From the IMG/VR virus record IMGVR_UViG_3300035070_003276, positions 1 through 64,000 of that record: a stretch of 64,000 nt of DNA; one strand, given 5' to 3'. Position 1 is the first letter of the stretch. Each line of letters opens with the position of its first letter. The translations under genes and the position numbers were made by a program. Under the pieces are notes generated by a model. It saw only the letters and a program-made list of their open reading frames with translations, was not told the DNA's origin and searched no databases. Shown here piece after piece: positions 34,599 to 46,400 of the stretch. The DNA is from a virus. Lineage: Duplodnaviria; Caudoviricetes.

Positions 34599-35536
34599 TG
34601 TCTTGGACTTTATTCAAAGTAAATATATTAAGAAAAACTAATCCTAATTTTACCATCAATAGCATAAATGAAGTTGCTGCGATATGGGCCGATGAGTATG
34701 ATGCGGCTGTAAAGCGAGGTAAGGATTTTGTAAACTTTGAATCGGTTCAACGAGGTAATAAAGTAATAATGGAATCTTTATTTAGAGTTGCATTATTAAA
34801 AGGATTATCAACTTTACCTGGTCAAAACTTTTCATTAGTAAACGAATTTGGAAATGGTGTAAAGGCATATTGGGCTGGCGCTCAAATGAAACCACTCCCA
34901 TTACCATTAATACCAGCACCAGGTTCAATACAAAATATTTCAGTAAATTCCAATGTTGTGTTTAATGTAGGTACATGGCCAATTTACCCACCATTAAAAC
35001 CCGCTAGAAAGCAGGAGATAATGGTAGATATGTTTATACTTGCTGCACTAATTCACTTATTTAGTATTGGTGGTATTATACAAACAACATCATTATACCC
35101 ATCAGTACCAACACCAATACCAGCTCCAGGTATTATTCCTTGGACTGGTTACTTAGTACCTCCTACAATTCCAATTCCTAATATCAACTTCCCTTCTGAA
35201 GATAACAATGAACCACCGGTAATTGAACAACCTGATGGAAGTGATGGATATGCACTCAATGTTACCAACCAAAGTAGTGGAACCAATAATGGACAAGATG
35301 GTGGAACCAATAATGGACAAGGTAGTGGAACCAATAATGGACAAGGTAGTGGAACCAATAATGGGCAAGGTAGTGGAACCAATAATGGACAAGGCAATAT
35401 ATTGGGAGGGGATACTTCATTACAAAACGTATTAAATGTATCATTACCTGATATGAGTGTTGATTCATTTGATGTAAAGGCTTATATAGCTAGTTTCCAA
35501 CAACAACTTAAAGATGATGGGTGTTGTTGTGATTAA
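34598..35536 (+). CDS. Hypothetical baseplate-region protein with GTNNGQGS repeats
   Basis: 312 aa; Pro-rich segments; five octapeptide repeats; ends DGCCCD. Confidence 0.6.
   Translation: MSWTLFKVNILRKTNPNFTINSINEVAAIWADEYDAAVKRGKDFVNFESVQRGNKVIMESLFRVALLKGLSTLPGQNFSLVNEFGNGVKAYWAGAQMKPLPLPLIPAPGSIQNISVNSNVVFNVGTWPIYPPLKPARKQEIMVDMFILAALIHLFSIGGIIQTTSLYPSVPTPIPAPGIIPWTGYLVPPTIPIPNINFPSEDNNEPPVIEQPDGSDGYALNVTNQSSGTNNGQDGGTNNGQGSGTNNGQGSGTNNGQGSGTNNGQGNILGGDTSLQNVLNVSLPDMSVDSFDVKAYIASFQQQLKDDGCCCD
35277..35396 (+). repeat. 24-bp tandem repeat x5
   Basis: Unit GTGGAACCAATAATGGACAAGGTA with 0-2 mismatches and no spacers; in frame. Confidence 0.92.
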
Positions 35537-35559
35537 AAATTGAAAATACTTAATTTAAA

Positions 35560-35567
35560 TATTTATA
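35560..35567 (+). promoter_or_regulatory. TATTTATA motif
   Basis: Exact motif ending 26 nt before the ATG at 35594. Confidence 0.45.
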
Positions 35568-35593
35568 AGGAGAGTAATATAAAAGATAATAAA

Positions 35594-36172
35594 ATGAATA
35601 CTGATAAATTAGTAAAGGCAATTCAAATTATTGTAGAAGGAGAGATTAAATCAGTTCTACCTGGGTTGGTAAAAGCTGGTGTTAAAAAGGAGATGGTAAA
35701 GTTGTTAAAAGAAAATAAACAACTTAGAGAGGCTTTAACGCCAACCAAAGAAGTAGTTCCACCTCAACCTACATTTATGGATGAAACTGTTATGGAATCA
35801 ATACAACCTCAACAACCACAACGAGTGTTAAGTAAAAACCCGGTATTGAATCAAATATTAAATCAAACACAGCCACTTAGTTTAAGTGAAAATACCTCAA
35901 AGAGCGTATTAGATAAAATGCCTACTTATGCTGGTGCACCAACTGAAGTATCTGAAACAACAATGGAGTTTGGAACACAAAGTACTCATACATTAGGTGC
36001 ACAAAGTATAGCTGATAAAATGGGGTATGGTGATATGCAACCTGCTGGTAAAAAGCAAGGATTGGGTGTTTCAACTGGATTAGCTGGATTAGATAGAATT
36101 TTGAATAGAGATAATTCTGAATTGATTAAAGCTTGGGATAAATCTAAAGGTCCTTGGAGGCCAGGAATGTAA
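35594..36172 (+). CDS. Hypothetical phage protein
   Basis: ATG at 35594 preferred over the TTG at 35540. Confidence 0.65.
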   Translation: MNTDKLVKAIQIIVEGEIKSVLPGLVKAGVKKEMVKLLKENKQLREALTPTKEVVPPQPTFMDETVMESIQPQQPQRVLSKNPVLNQILNQTQPLSLSENTSKSVLDKMPTYAGAPTEVSETTMEFGTQSTHTLGAQSIADKMGYGDMQPAGKKQGLGVSTGLAGLDRILNRDNSELIKAWDKSKGPWRPGM

Positions 36173-36180
36173 TATAAATT

Positions 36181-36609
36181 ATGGCAGTTGAACTAGGTAG
36201 TAAGATAGTAAAGGATACGCAATCATTTAACGATTATGCGATTGGTATATCTTTGCCTATTCAAATAACCAATACGGCATTCGAGCAAACATTCCAAACA
36301 TCGGAGCAAGTAAAATCTAATATTAAGAATCTTCTATTAACAAAAAAAGGTGAACGAATATTACAACCTGAATTCGGAAGTGGATTGCAGGAATTATTAT
36401 TTGAACCAAACGTTGATGATTTTGAAGGTAGAATTGAAGATACTATAAATGAAAGTTTAGAACAATGGTTACCATATGTAACCGCTGAGGAAATTTTAGT
36501 TGATTCATCCGATACATTAAGAGATAATAATAGAATAAATGTTTCAGTTAAATTTAGAATTGGTCAAAATACCGATTTAAACGAAGTAACATTTACAGCA
36601 CAGGGATAA
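36181..36609 (+). CDS. Baseplate wedge protein, gp25/GPW-like
   Basis: QVKSNIKNLLLTKKGERILQPEFGSGLQELLFEP...SLEQWLPYV. Confidence 0.9.
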   Translation: MAVELGSKIVKDTQSFNDYAIGISLPIQITNTAFEQTFQTSEQVKSNIKNLLLTKKGERILQPEFGSGLQELLFEPNVDDFEGRIEDTINESLEQWLPYVTAEEILVDSSDTLRDNNRINVSVKFRIGQNTDLNEVTFTAQG

Positions 36610-36613
36610 CAAT

Positions 36614-38644
36614 ATGGCTATAACTAAAACAAATAAAAACTTTAAGAATAGAGGTAAGGATATAAAATACCTTAATAAAGATTTTGCTCAATATAGGGGA
36701 AACTTAATTGAGTTTGCTAAAACATATTTCCCAAAAACTTATTCGGATTTTAACGAATCATCGCCAGGTATGATGTTTATTGAAATGGCATCTTATATTG
36801 GTGATTCCCTTTCATATTATATTGATGATACTTTAAAAGAATCATTAATGGTTCATGCTGAAGATATTGAGAATGTAATTGCACTTTCACAATATTTGGG
36901 TTACCAACCAAAGGTAACATCACCAGCAGTAACAACCCTTTCGGTTTATCAATTAGTTCCATCTATTGGAGTAGCTGGTGCTAATACTTATGATGAAACT
37001 TATTTACTTACTATTAAAGAAGGTATGCAAGTTTCAAATGGAGATACTACGTTTATAACAAAGGATGTTGTTGACTTTTCAGATGATACTGATAGAGAAA
37101 TAACTATATATGAAACTGATAGTATAAGTGGAGAAACTACATTCTATTTAGTTAAGAAATATGTTCAAGCTATTTCAGCAGAAGTTGTAACTAAGGAAGT
37201 TGAATTTGGTTCTTATCAATCATTTCAAACTATTGAGTTAAGTGAACCAAACGTAATAGATATTTACGATGTTAGAGATTCTAACGGAAACAAATGGTAT
37301 GAAGTTCCTTACTTAGGACAGGAGATGGTATTTGAGGATTATCCAAATACTGAAATAAATGACCCAGAGTTATATCAATTTAAAACAACTGTACCTTACA
37401 TTTTAAAAACAATTAAGACACCTCGTAGATTTGTTAAAAAAGTAAATGGTGATAGTACAACTACTATTCAATTTGGAGCTGGAGACCCAACTGCAAATGA
37501 TGAACAATTAATTCCAAACTTAAAAAACGTTGGATTGGGATTACCCAATTCAATTAGTAAGTTAAATGAATCATTTGACCCAACTAACTTTCTGAAAACA
37601 AAAACATACGGAACATCACCATCAAACACAACTATGACTATTAAGTATTTAGTTGGTGGTGGTATTAGTTCTAATGTATCTAAGGGTTCACTTACTGTAA
37701 TTAACTCAATTGATTTTGAAGAAGATTTACAATCATTCAATGATAATCAGCAAGCGTTGGTATCTGCAACTAAAAACTCCGTAGCAGTTGATAATGAGGT
37801 TCCCGCAACTGGTGGGAAAGGTGGAGATACTATTGAGGAGATTAGAGAGAATGCATTGGCAAACTTTGGCTCTCAGAATAGAGCAGTAACTGCTAAGGAT
37901 TATCAAATAAGAGTTTTATCAATGCCAACCAAATATGGTTCTATTGCAAAGGCTTACGCTACGGCAGATGGTACGTTGGATAATAACTCACCATCATCTA
38001 TTTTGAGTTCGCCTAAAGCTCTACAAGAGTTTACTGATTTGGTAATGGGATTTGTTGAAAAGCCTGATAGTGAGGAACCCAATAGAAGAAGTGTTCAGGA
38101 AGAACTACAAAAATTCTTGATTGGCAAAACCTCAAATGAAAACGAAAAGAATAACCCATTTGCAATCAATCTTTATTTATTGGGATATGATGGTAATGGT
38201 AAATTATCAACATTAAATTCTGCTGTTAAGGAAAATTTAAAAACATATTTAAATGAATACAAAGTTTTAACCGATGGTGTTAATATATCTGATGGATTTA
38301 TTATTAACATTGGTATTAACTTTGAAGTAATAACTTTAAAGAATTATAATAAGAGTGAAGTTGTTACTGAATGTATTAATGAAATGAAAGATTATTTTGA
38401 TATTAATAATTGGACATTTAATAATACGATAAACATTTCGGAGTTGGAACTATTATTAGCAAACGTTGATGGTGTAAGTTCAGTTCCTAAATTAGAAATA
38501 GTGAATAAGTGTCATGGAAACTACGCACCTAATTCATATAACATAGAAGCGGCCATTAAAGATAAGATTTTATATCCATCTTTAGACCCTTCAGTATTTG
38601 AAATTAAATTTCCAGATGTGGATATAAAAGGAAGAGCTAGATAA
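36614..38644 (+). CDS. Baseplate wedge subunit, gp6/baseplate J-like
   Basis: DFNESSPGMMFIEMASY; GGKGGDTIEEIRENA...QNRAVTAKDY. Confidence 0.88.
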   Translation: MAITKTNKNFKNRGKDIKYLNKDFAQYRGNLIEFAKTYFPKTYSDFNESSPGMMFIEMASYIGDSLSYYIDDTLKESLMVHAEDIENVIALSQYLGYQPKVTSPAVTTLSVYQLVPSIGVAGANTYDETYLLTIKEGMQVSNGDTTFITKDVVDFSDDTDREITIYETDSISGETTFYLVKKYVQAISAEVVTKEVEFGSYQSFQTIELSEPNVIDIYDVRDSNGNKWYEVPYLGQEMVFEDYPNTEINDPELYQFKTTVPYILKTIKTPRRFVKKVNGDSTTTIQFGAGDPTANDEQLIPNLKNVGLGLPNSISKLNESFDPTNFLKTKTYGTSPSNTTMTIKYLVGGGISSNVSKGSLTVINSIDFEEDLQSFNDNQQALVSATKNSVAVDNEVPATGGKGGDTIEEIRENALANFGSQNRAVTAKDYQIRVLSMPTKYGSIAKAYATADGTLDNNSPSSILSSPKALQEFTDLVMGFVEKPDSEEPNRRSVQEELQKFLIGKTSNENEKNNPFAINLYLLGYDGNGKLSTLNSAVKENLKTYLNEYKVLTDGVNISDGFIINIGINFEVITLKNYNKSEVVTECINEMKDYFDINNWTFNNTINISELELLLANVDGVSSVPKLEIVNKCHGNYAPNSYNIEAAIKDKILYPSLDPSVFEIKFPDVDIKGRAR

Positions 38645-39708
38645 TGTATTACTTTTTAACAGCATCAAAAGATGCATCGGTTTACTTACAACAACCTGAC
38701 CAAAACACTGGTTTAGATGAGGTATTAGAGGTTAGTAAGGTTTACTATGGTAACATCAAAGATGTATCAAGAGCACTCCTTAAATTTGATTTAAATGGTG
38801 TATCTCAAAGTATTGTAGATGGTGATGTTAGATTAGATGAGGCAACACTTATATTAAGAGAAACTGATTCCGAAGAACTACCATTACAATTTACATTAGA
38901 AGCTTATCCAATCTCACAAAGTTGGGAAATGGGTAATGGTACTCGATTTGATGATGTATCTACATCTGGTGTAACTTGGAATAATAGAGAAGGTGATACC
39001 ATCCAACGTTGGCTACAAACTGCAGAGTTCTCAGAAGTATCAACTGGTTCATACGCTGGATTGGGTGGAACATTCTATGATTCGGTTTTTGCAACTCAAA
39101 CTTTTGAATATCTAACATCTGATGTTAATATGGATATTAAAGATATTGTTGATGATTGGATTAGCGGTTCAATACCAAACGATGGGCTAATACTGAAACT
39201 TCCATTTGCAAGCGAATCCGATTCTACTGATTATGGTATATTAAAATTCTTTAGTAAAGAAACTCACACAATCCATCAACCTAAACTAAGAATAGGTTGG
39301 GATGATGTTTCGTTTACAACTGGTTCATTGACTGAATTAACATCAGAAGAAATCAAAATAGGAATTAGAAACTTTAGAAAAGAATACAAAGTAAATACAA
39401 CACCAAAGTTGAGAGTGATAGGTAGGGATTTATATCCATTAAAATCATTCACATCTACGGCTCAATATGGTATAAGTAAATTCTTACCAACGTTATCATA
39501 TTACCAAATTAAAGATTACCACTCAGATGATGTAATCGTTCCGTTTGGTGATTACACAAAATTAAGTTGTGATGATAGTGGTAACTATTTTAAGTTAAAC
39601 TTATCTAATTGGGAAGTTGATAGAATATATAAAATAGAATTCAAAGTTGTTATTGATGGTACTCCTCAATTCTTCGATAATGATTATACATTTAGCGTAA
39701 TAGGATAA
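38644..39708 (+). CDS. Structural protein with DNRLRE-like domain
   Basis: KDASVY...NTG...LEV...SRALLKFDL; TWNN; NDGLILK; FFSKE...PKL. Confidence 0.55.
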   Translation: MYYFLTASKDASVYLQQPDQNTGLDEVLEVSKVYYGNIKDVSRALLKFDLNGVSQSIVDGDVRLDEATLILRETDSEELPLQFTLEAYPISQSWEMGNGTRFDDVSTSGVTWNNREGDTIQRWLQTAEFSEVSTGSYAGLGGTFYDSVFATQTFEYLTSDVNMDIKDIVDDWISGSIPNDGLILKLPFASESDSTDYGILKFFSKETHTIHQPKLRIGWDDVSFTTGSLTELTSEEIKIGIRNFRKEYKVNTTPKLRVIGRDLYPLKSFTSTAQYGISKFLPTLSYYQIKDYHSDDVIVPFGDYTKLSCDDSGNYFKLNLSNWEVDRIYKIEFKVVIDGTPQFFDNDYTFSVIG

Positions 39709-39709
39709 G

Positions 39710-40870
39710 ATGAATAAACGCTCAGGTTTAAAGAACGAAAAAAAAGTTCAAAATATATTAGTATCGGGTTCAGCTGTATTACCACAAAAGAATTCGGCTG
39801 GAGTTCGTGTTGCTAAAAAGAAAAAACCTATGCCGGATTCCCCTATTGTAAAGGGATACCCAGACTTATCAGATATACCAAGTGATAATTATGGTAATTT
39901 AAGTGAAGCTGGTTTTATAAAATCTAATGAGATAGATGGTGGGATTATTAGTGGTAAATTGGTTAGAGCTAAGTATGATAATACTGAGTTAAAAAAATCA
40001 ATCGATACTAATATATTTGAATTAATACCAAAAACTCCAGTAGAATTGCCTGATGTTGTACTACGTTCAGTTTATAATGTAGTAACACAATCTGTAAATG
40101 ATTTAACAATAGAGGTACAACTATTAACAAATGAAGTATCTACTCTAAACTCACAAATTTCAGAATTGGAAATCGTAAGTGAGAGTTTGAAAATAGAAGT
40201 TGATAATGAAAAACTTAAAGCAAATATTGCAGCGGAGCAAGCTAGGGTTGCTAATGTACAAGTTGGTGAAACTACAATAGATTTATCAAACGCAATTCAG
40301 AACTCAATTAATGAATCAATCCAACGAGTATCTTTAACCGCACGAAATCAAGCTTTACTGCAAGAAAATGAATCACTAAGAGAACAACTATTTGGATTAT
40401 CTGCTCAAACTGCGGAAGGTGCTATTAGTGGAGGTTCTAATGGATTTACTGTTAAAGTAAATAATGGAGATGGTGATGCCAGCCAAAAATCATCTGACTT
40501 TTATGCTAAACATTCTCACAAAGCTGTTGTTGGTGATGGTATCACTATGACAAACACAATCGAAGTGAGTAACGTTACTACTAATAATAAAATAACGGAA
40601 ATATCATTTACGTTTACTGGGGACCCTAAATGGGTAAAACCTATTACAGGAGCAACATCAATCGAACCTGAGAGTTCTGAAACTTATCAATGTGAATTTG
40701 ATACTTCGGTAGTTTACGATATCAAACCAAATAAACAAGGATTCTGGGGTTCATGGAGTGGTAAAGCTACAAACTATAAAACAATGGCAATTAATGTAAA
40801 CGTAAAATTCGCAGATGGTACAACTGATAGTGTAACGCTTAGTACTGATTTAAGAAAAAACAAAGGTTAG
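39710..40870 (+). CDS. Putative tail/baseplate protein with central coiled coil
   Basis: 386 aa; heptad region VNDLTIEVQLLTNEVSTLNSQISELE; beta-rich C-terminus. Confidence 0.55.
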   Translation: MNKRSGLKNEKKVQNILVSGSAVLPQKNSAGVRVAKKKKPMPDSPIVKGYPDLSDIPSDNYGNLSEAGFIKSNEIDGGIISGKLVRAKYDNTELKKSIDTNIFELIPKTPVELPDVVLRSVYNVVTQSVNDLTIEVQLLTNEVSTLNSQISELEIVSESLKIEVDNEKLKANIAAEQARVANVQVGETTIDLSNAIQNSINESIQRVSLTARNQALLQENESLREQLFGLSAQTAEGAISGGSNGFTVKVNNGDGDASQKSSDFYAKHSHKAVVGDGITMTNTIEVSNVTTNNKITEISFTFTGDPKWVKPITGATSIEPESSETYQCEFDTSVVYDIKPNKQGFWGSWSGKATNYKTMAINVNVKFADGTTDSVTLSTDLRKNKG

Positions 40871-40871
40871 A

Positions 40872-42083
40872 ATGGCAATTAAAACATTTAAAGAAATAAT
40901 AGACGATAAGGGATATAGAATATCATCAAAAGATAGAGCTATCTTTGCAGAGGGTACATTACAATCTTTCTTTGGATTTACCGATTCTGATATGATTGAG
41001 TTTATCTTATATGATGTTAATGATAACCAATTACCTCAAGGTGAATTTGGTGAATTGAGTAGATACATTCCAATGAACTCTGAAAATATTAAAGATTATT
41101 TTCTAATAGCTGATGGTACAAAATTCCAAGCATTTCAATTTCCAAATGAGTATTTTATAGATGTGGAGCGTTTGATAAATGAAGCTGGATATGATAATGG
41201 TATTTTTAAAACTCAAATTACTTTATTAAATAAAAGAGTTGGGTACGAATCACCAAATGAAAAATTATGGATTAAGGAAATATCCCCATCCAGAACTGAA
41301 GTAAAGTTATTACCACTACGAAATGATATAGCTGATAAGACTGATTTACTTCAACGATTTAATGTAATGGTTAATGGTAGGGATTTTAGAGAAGATATCA
41401 TTCCATATATTCCTGAATTTATAGAAAGTATAACACCATCTACAATTGATTCATTTATAAAAAAGATTTATACTGATAAGTGGTATAATAAAATGGTAGC
41501 TGAATTTGGTATTGCTGGGTTTGATAGATTAATGACAAAAATCCATAGTAAATTCAGAGAAGCTATGTTTAATGAGTTTTCTAATAGATATTCATCGATA
41601 AACGATAGTAATTACGGAAATCCAAAATCAACTGGATTATCTTTATCTTTCTCAAAAGATGATGTATATAAAGTAGCTCAAAGAATAATCGTAGAATGTA
41701 TTGATTATTATTTACCAAAAAGAACAATTCAAACTGAAACTGAAATAGATAAAATTTTTGATGAAAGTTATGATAAGGTGGGGCAGGTATTACAACGTAG
41801 AGAAAGTGATGTTGTAATAAATGCAAAAGCTGCAAATGTAATTGTTACTAAAAAGAAAAAAGATGAACCAACTAAACCATTTATAAAAGAGTTTGATTTG
41901 AGTAAAGAGATTTTGAAAGAAATACCATTTGATAAACCTGTACCTAAGTTTTCTAAACCAAATCCATCTAAATCAATAAAAAAAAGTAAAGTAATTCAAA
42001 ATAGTAGACCTATGGTACAAAGTGGTTTGTTTAATAATATTAGTACAATAGGTGGTGGTGGTAGTGATAGTTTAGATAGCTAA
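40872..42083 (+). CDS. Putative baseplate-region structural protein
   Basis: LWIKEISPSRTEVKL; K/P-rich tail ending GGGGSDSLDS. Confidence 0.55.
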   Translation: MAIKTFKEIIDDKGYRISSKDRAIFAEGTLQSFFGFTDSDMIEFILYDVNDNQLPQGEFGELSRYIPMNSENIKDYFLIADGTKFQAFQFPNEYFIDVERLINEAGYDNGIFKTQITLLNKRVGYESPNEKLWIKEISPSRTEVKLLPLRNDIADKTDLLQRFNVMVNGRDFREDIIPYIPEFIESITPSTIDSFIKKIYTDKWYNKMVAEFGIAGFDRLMTKIHSKFREAMFNEFSNRYSSINDSNYGNPKSTGLSLSFSKDDVYKVAQRIIVECIDYYLPKRTIQTETEIDKIFDESYDKVGQVLQRRESDVVINAKAANVIVTKKKKDEPTKPFIKEFDLSKEILKEIPFDKPVPKFSKPNPSKSIKKSKVIQNSRPMVQSGLFNNISTIGGGGSDSLDS

Positions 42084-42096
42084 TATCATTTAATAA

Positions 42097-42104
42097 TATT
42101 TATA
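42097..42104 (+). promoter_or_regulatory. TATTTATA motif
   Basis: Exact motif ending 3 nt before the ATG at 42108. Confidence 0.45.
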
Positions 42105-42107
42105 GAT

Positions 42108-43460
42108 ATGATAAATTTCTTCAACGATTACAGTTTTGGTAACCTAACATTTGGTAATTCAAATGGTGGTGGGGTATCTCTTACGACCATAGGTGATTCA
42201 ACTGATGAGACTGGTGAATTAGACAATAATGGTGGCGGTGTTGGCATTGGTGGTGGTGGCGTTAGAATTACCCCACCCAACTATACACTCAATATTAAAT
42301 CAAATGTAAAAGGTGCATCGGTTTTAATAAATGGTGAACTTTCAAAAAACACGACACCAGCTCAGATTCAAATTTCAAAACAAAATTTAATTGAGAATGG
42401 TAATAAAACTATAACACTTACTAAATCAGGTTATATATCAAATGAAAAATATGTAATCAGATTAGATACAACGGGAACTAATTTAATTAAATCACCACTT
42501 ATTGATGGTGGGTATGGTAACTTATCTTTATCTTCTATTGTTGTTGATTATTATGTTAATGATATTAAACAACCATATTTACAAATAGAGGAAAAAACTC
42601 TTAAAGAATTATCGTTTACGTTATCTAATAAAAATATTGATGATATTGATATGATAAGTAGATATGATTTGAGTATCAACATATCTGGTATTAATAGTGG
42701 TAATGCTATTCTATTAAGAAAGAACGCATTTACATCTGCTAATATGTTTCCATCAAACGGATTTACCAAATATTCCGATGTTAGTAATACAAAGTATAAC
42801 ATAAGTTCATCTGATTTATCATTATATAGAATTGTAAAAATTACTTACAACACAGAATCGGATAGGTTATCAAAAGCATCCCCAATTACCTTAACTGCAA
42901 ATGATGGTGAATCATTGACTTTAGATATAAACTTAAATGATAGTTATGTAGTTGATATTGTGGCTGAAGATGTGATTAAAGATACCACATCAATTAAACC
43001 CGAAATTAAACTACTAAATAATGATAGTAGAACTTATAACATAAACAGTGAAATTGGAGTACCTATCGGATTTGAAAAGAATTCAGCAGTAAATGCAATT
43101 ACAATTATTGTTGGAGATGATATATTGGAATTTGATGATTTAGAAAAAGGTGAAATTGGTGGGGTTACTATACCACATTCAGTTTTTGAAAAAATAGGAA
43201 AATATAATATTAAAATATTTCCGTTTTCATTAAGTGAGTATGATACTATAACTAATCCAAAGCCAGTAAAACCAGCAATAAAGCCAAAACCAATAAAACC
43301 TCAATATGATGTAACGGAAACAATAAAACCAACAAAACCAATAATAAAAACCAATCCATATATTAATACAACTCCTATTTATAGTAATGTGAGTACTAAT
43401 ATAATACCGATTGGGTTAATCAACGTTGGTGGTGGCGGTGGACGTAGTAGTGATAGTTAA
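42108..43460 (+). CDS. Putative structural protein with PEGA-like segment
   Basis: YTLNIKSNVKGASVLINGE...ITLTKSGY; K/P-rich tail ending GGGGGRSSDS. Confidence 0.55.
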   Translation: MINFFNDYSFGNLTFGNSNGGGVSLTTIGDSTDETGELDNNGGGVGIGGGGVRITPPNYTLNIKSNVKGASVLINGELSKNTTPAQIQISKQNLIENGNKTITLTKSGYISNEKYVIRLDTTGTNLIKSPLIDGGYGNLSLSSIVVDYYVNDIKQPYLQIEEKTLKELSFTLSNKNIDDIDMISRYDLSINISGINSGNAILLRKNAFTSANMFPSNGFTKYSDVSNTKYNISSSDLSLYRIVKITYNTESDRLSKASPITLTANDGESLTLDINLNDSYVVDIVAEDVIKDTTSIKPEIKLLNNDSRTYNINSEIGVPIGFEKNSAVNAITIIVGDDILEFDDLEKGEIGGVTIPHSVFEKIGKYNIKIFPFSLSEYDTITNPKPVKPAIKPKPIKPQYDVTETIKPTKPIIKTNPYINTTPIYSNVSTNIIPIGLINVGGGGGRSSDS

Positions 43461-43479
43461 AACAGATAGAAAATAAATA

Positions 43480-46400
43480 ATGGCAGAAATAGCATCCTTT
43501 TTAGGGGGTAGTAATATAACTTATGGTGGTACCGCTGGTGGTACTAAACCTAAAACGTCCGTAAGTATAACTAAGCCTGTAACTAAACTTAATTTTCCAA
43601 CAAAGCCTGTAAATAACTTAGGATTAGGTACAATATCCCCTTCGATTATTAATAATCTAATTTTAGATACCACTATAAAGGCTCCCATAGCTACACAATT
43701 AATAAATCAAGAATCAGATACAGAAACAATAAATATAGCATCACAAGCTATCGATTTAGTAATTAATGTAGTTTCTGATGTATATGTTAATACCCCTGAT
43801 ATTAGAGAGATAACATATCCAAAAGAAGTGAGAGGGGCTGATTTTGTAGGATATGATGTAGATTTTGATATAAGTTGGAATTCGATTGATGCAACTGTTA
43901 TTAGAATGTATGTTGGTAACTCTACTGATTATGTAGAATTAGGACCAAAGGGTAATCTTACTTTAAATGTAAAAGAGCTATTAGATAAATATCCATTACA
44001 AACCCCCACATTAACGGCAAAAAAACCGATTAATCCTAATGTAAGAAACGCCAATAACGATTATGGTGATAAGGTAAAAATTCCACTACGATTGGTTCCT
44101 ATAAATTTGGAAACCAAAAAGCCCGTTAAAGGGCCGGTAGAGGAAATTGAAATTTTATTTGATAAAGGTGATTTAGAAATACCTCGTTCAGTTGTTATCA
44201 ACAGAATAGCAGAGGGATTCATATCTCAATTTGATAAATGTAAATTTGATGATTCTAAATTACTTACTCATTTATTTCATATAGGTAATGGTGATAACAA
44301 AGTAATTACTACATGGACTGGATTAGTTGCTAATTCTACTAATGATATAGATGATACTTCATTAATACTTAAATTATACGAACCACTACCAACATCAGTA
44401 TTAACTAATCAAAAAGTTTGGATTAGTAAAGTACAAGCTGAACCGATTATTGATACGATAACGTTGGTTGGTGATGATACCGAATACTGTCCACCATTGC
44501 AAGGACCTAATTTTAAATTAGAAGTTGATAATGGTATCGGATATCAAATGTATGATGATTTGGTTGCAAATGGTTCAACCACCTCAACCTCATTAATACA
44601 ACAATACGTTAGTAAGACTGGAATTGATACTGAAAAGTTAAATATTCAATATGCTAGTGGGTCTGTTCATATGTTTGAAAACTTTTCACACTTTGGTTCT
44701 GCTGAGGAAAGAATTAAAAACTTTTGGTATAAGATTCAATTATTAGAATCATATCAATCAAAATATAACGAACTAACATCAAACACAGTTGAATTAGGAT
44801 TCGTACTTGCTGAAGGTGGAGCTTACGATGGGTACACTATAATAACAGAAGCTTCTGATAATTTACAATTAGATGCACTTTCAGTAACAGCAACATCTCA
44901 AATACAATCAGCTGCTCAGTTAACAAAAATAAACGATTTAATTGGAACCTTTGATGGTTTCGAAAAGTGGTTATATACTGATACACAATATAGTGATTCG
45001 TTATCATATCCAAAAAGTGGTAATACAATTAAAGCAACTTCAACTGATGAAGCAATCGCTTGGTATAACTCATCTGTTTCATCCGCAGCAACATACGATA
45101 GAAATAATGTAAACTACCTTAACAATAATCTTCCTGAATTTATCAAAGAAGATTATCAGAATGAGGATTTTATGTTGTTTATGGATATGGTAGGACAACA
45201 CTACGATATTATATGGGCATATGTAAATGGTTTAACAAAACTTAAATCACCACAACATAAAGCTGATTTAGGATTCTCAAATGATTTAATGTACGCAATG
45301 TTGGAATCATTGGGATGGGATGGTAAAAAAGCTTACGATTCTCAATTCTTATGGGAGTATGCATTCGGACAATATAAGGATGGTACTCAGAAATATCAAC
45401 AATCACTTAAATCGGCAAACGAAGAAGTTTGGAGAAGGATATTAAATAACTTACCTTATATACTTAAACATAAAGGAACATCTCGTTCTTTAAAAGCTGT
45501 AATGGCCTGTTATGGTATTCCAAATTCATTACTTACTATAATGGAGTTTGGTGGTCCAACTGACCCAACCAATGGTGGTACTAATAAATTTACATTTGAA
45601 GATAGGACAGCTGCTATAAACTTTACCAATAGTGGTGAATCGATAAGTACTCAATGGAATGAAGTGGATGGTACCTATCCAAATGCAGTTGAAATGACTG
45701 TAAATTTACAAACTCCTGGAAATTATAATATACTAAAAGGTGCTAATGACGCATTTACAACTCCGTTATGGAGAGTTAGTATTACTAATACAACCGGTTC
45801 ATTTGGTACAATTGATTTATTTGTATCCGAAAGTTTAACCGGTAATGTACATTCATCATCTACTGAACCATTTAATATATTCAATGAAGAATATACTCAG
45901 ATTGTAATTAATAGAGAATTAGTAGGGTCTGATTCACAATTCCAAATAATAGCCAAAGAGGCATTTGGTGGTAGAATTAGGACTAATGTATCTACTGATG
46001 TTATGAGTATAACTGGTGATAATGGTTGGGATACTGGTTCTGCATTTATAGTATCATTGGGTTATGAGATGGAAGGTAAGGTTGATGAATTCAGATTATG
46101 GAAACAACCTTTAGAGGATAATGTTATTGAAACGCATACTCTTATGCCTGATTCTACTGTTGGTAATTCATATACATCATCTACTGAAGATTTATTAGTA
46201 CGTTATGATTTTGAATACCCAAAGAATAGGGCAGTTGATTTAGATATTAAGAATGTTGCAATCAGTACTGAGTATAGCTTACCAAATGGTTCAGCTGATG
46301 GATTTATATCAGCAACTGAATACCCATACCAATATACTCCATATGAAAGAAGTGTAACGGCTAAGGTACCATCATTAGGATTTAATCAATCTGATAAGAT

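Noticed and set aside
35277-35396. 24-bp repeats as a CRISPR array
   Set aside because: The units are contiguous with no spacers and are in frame within a protein.
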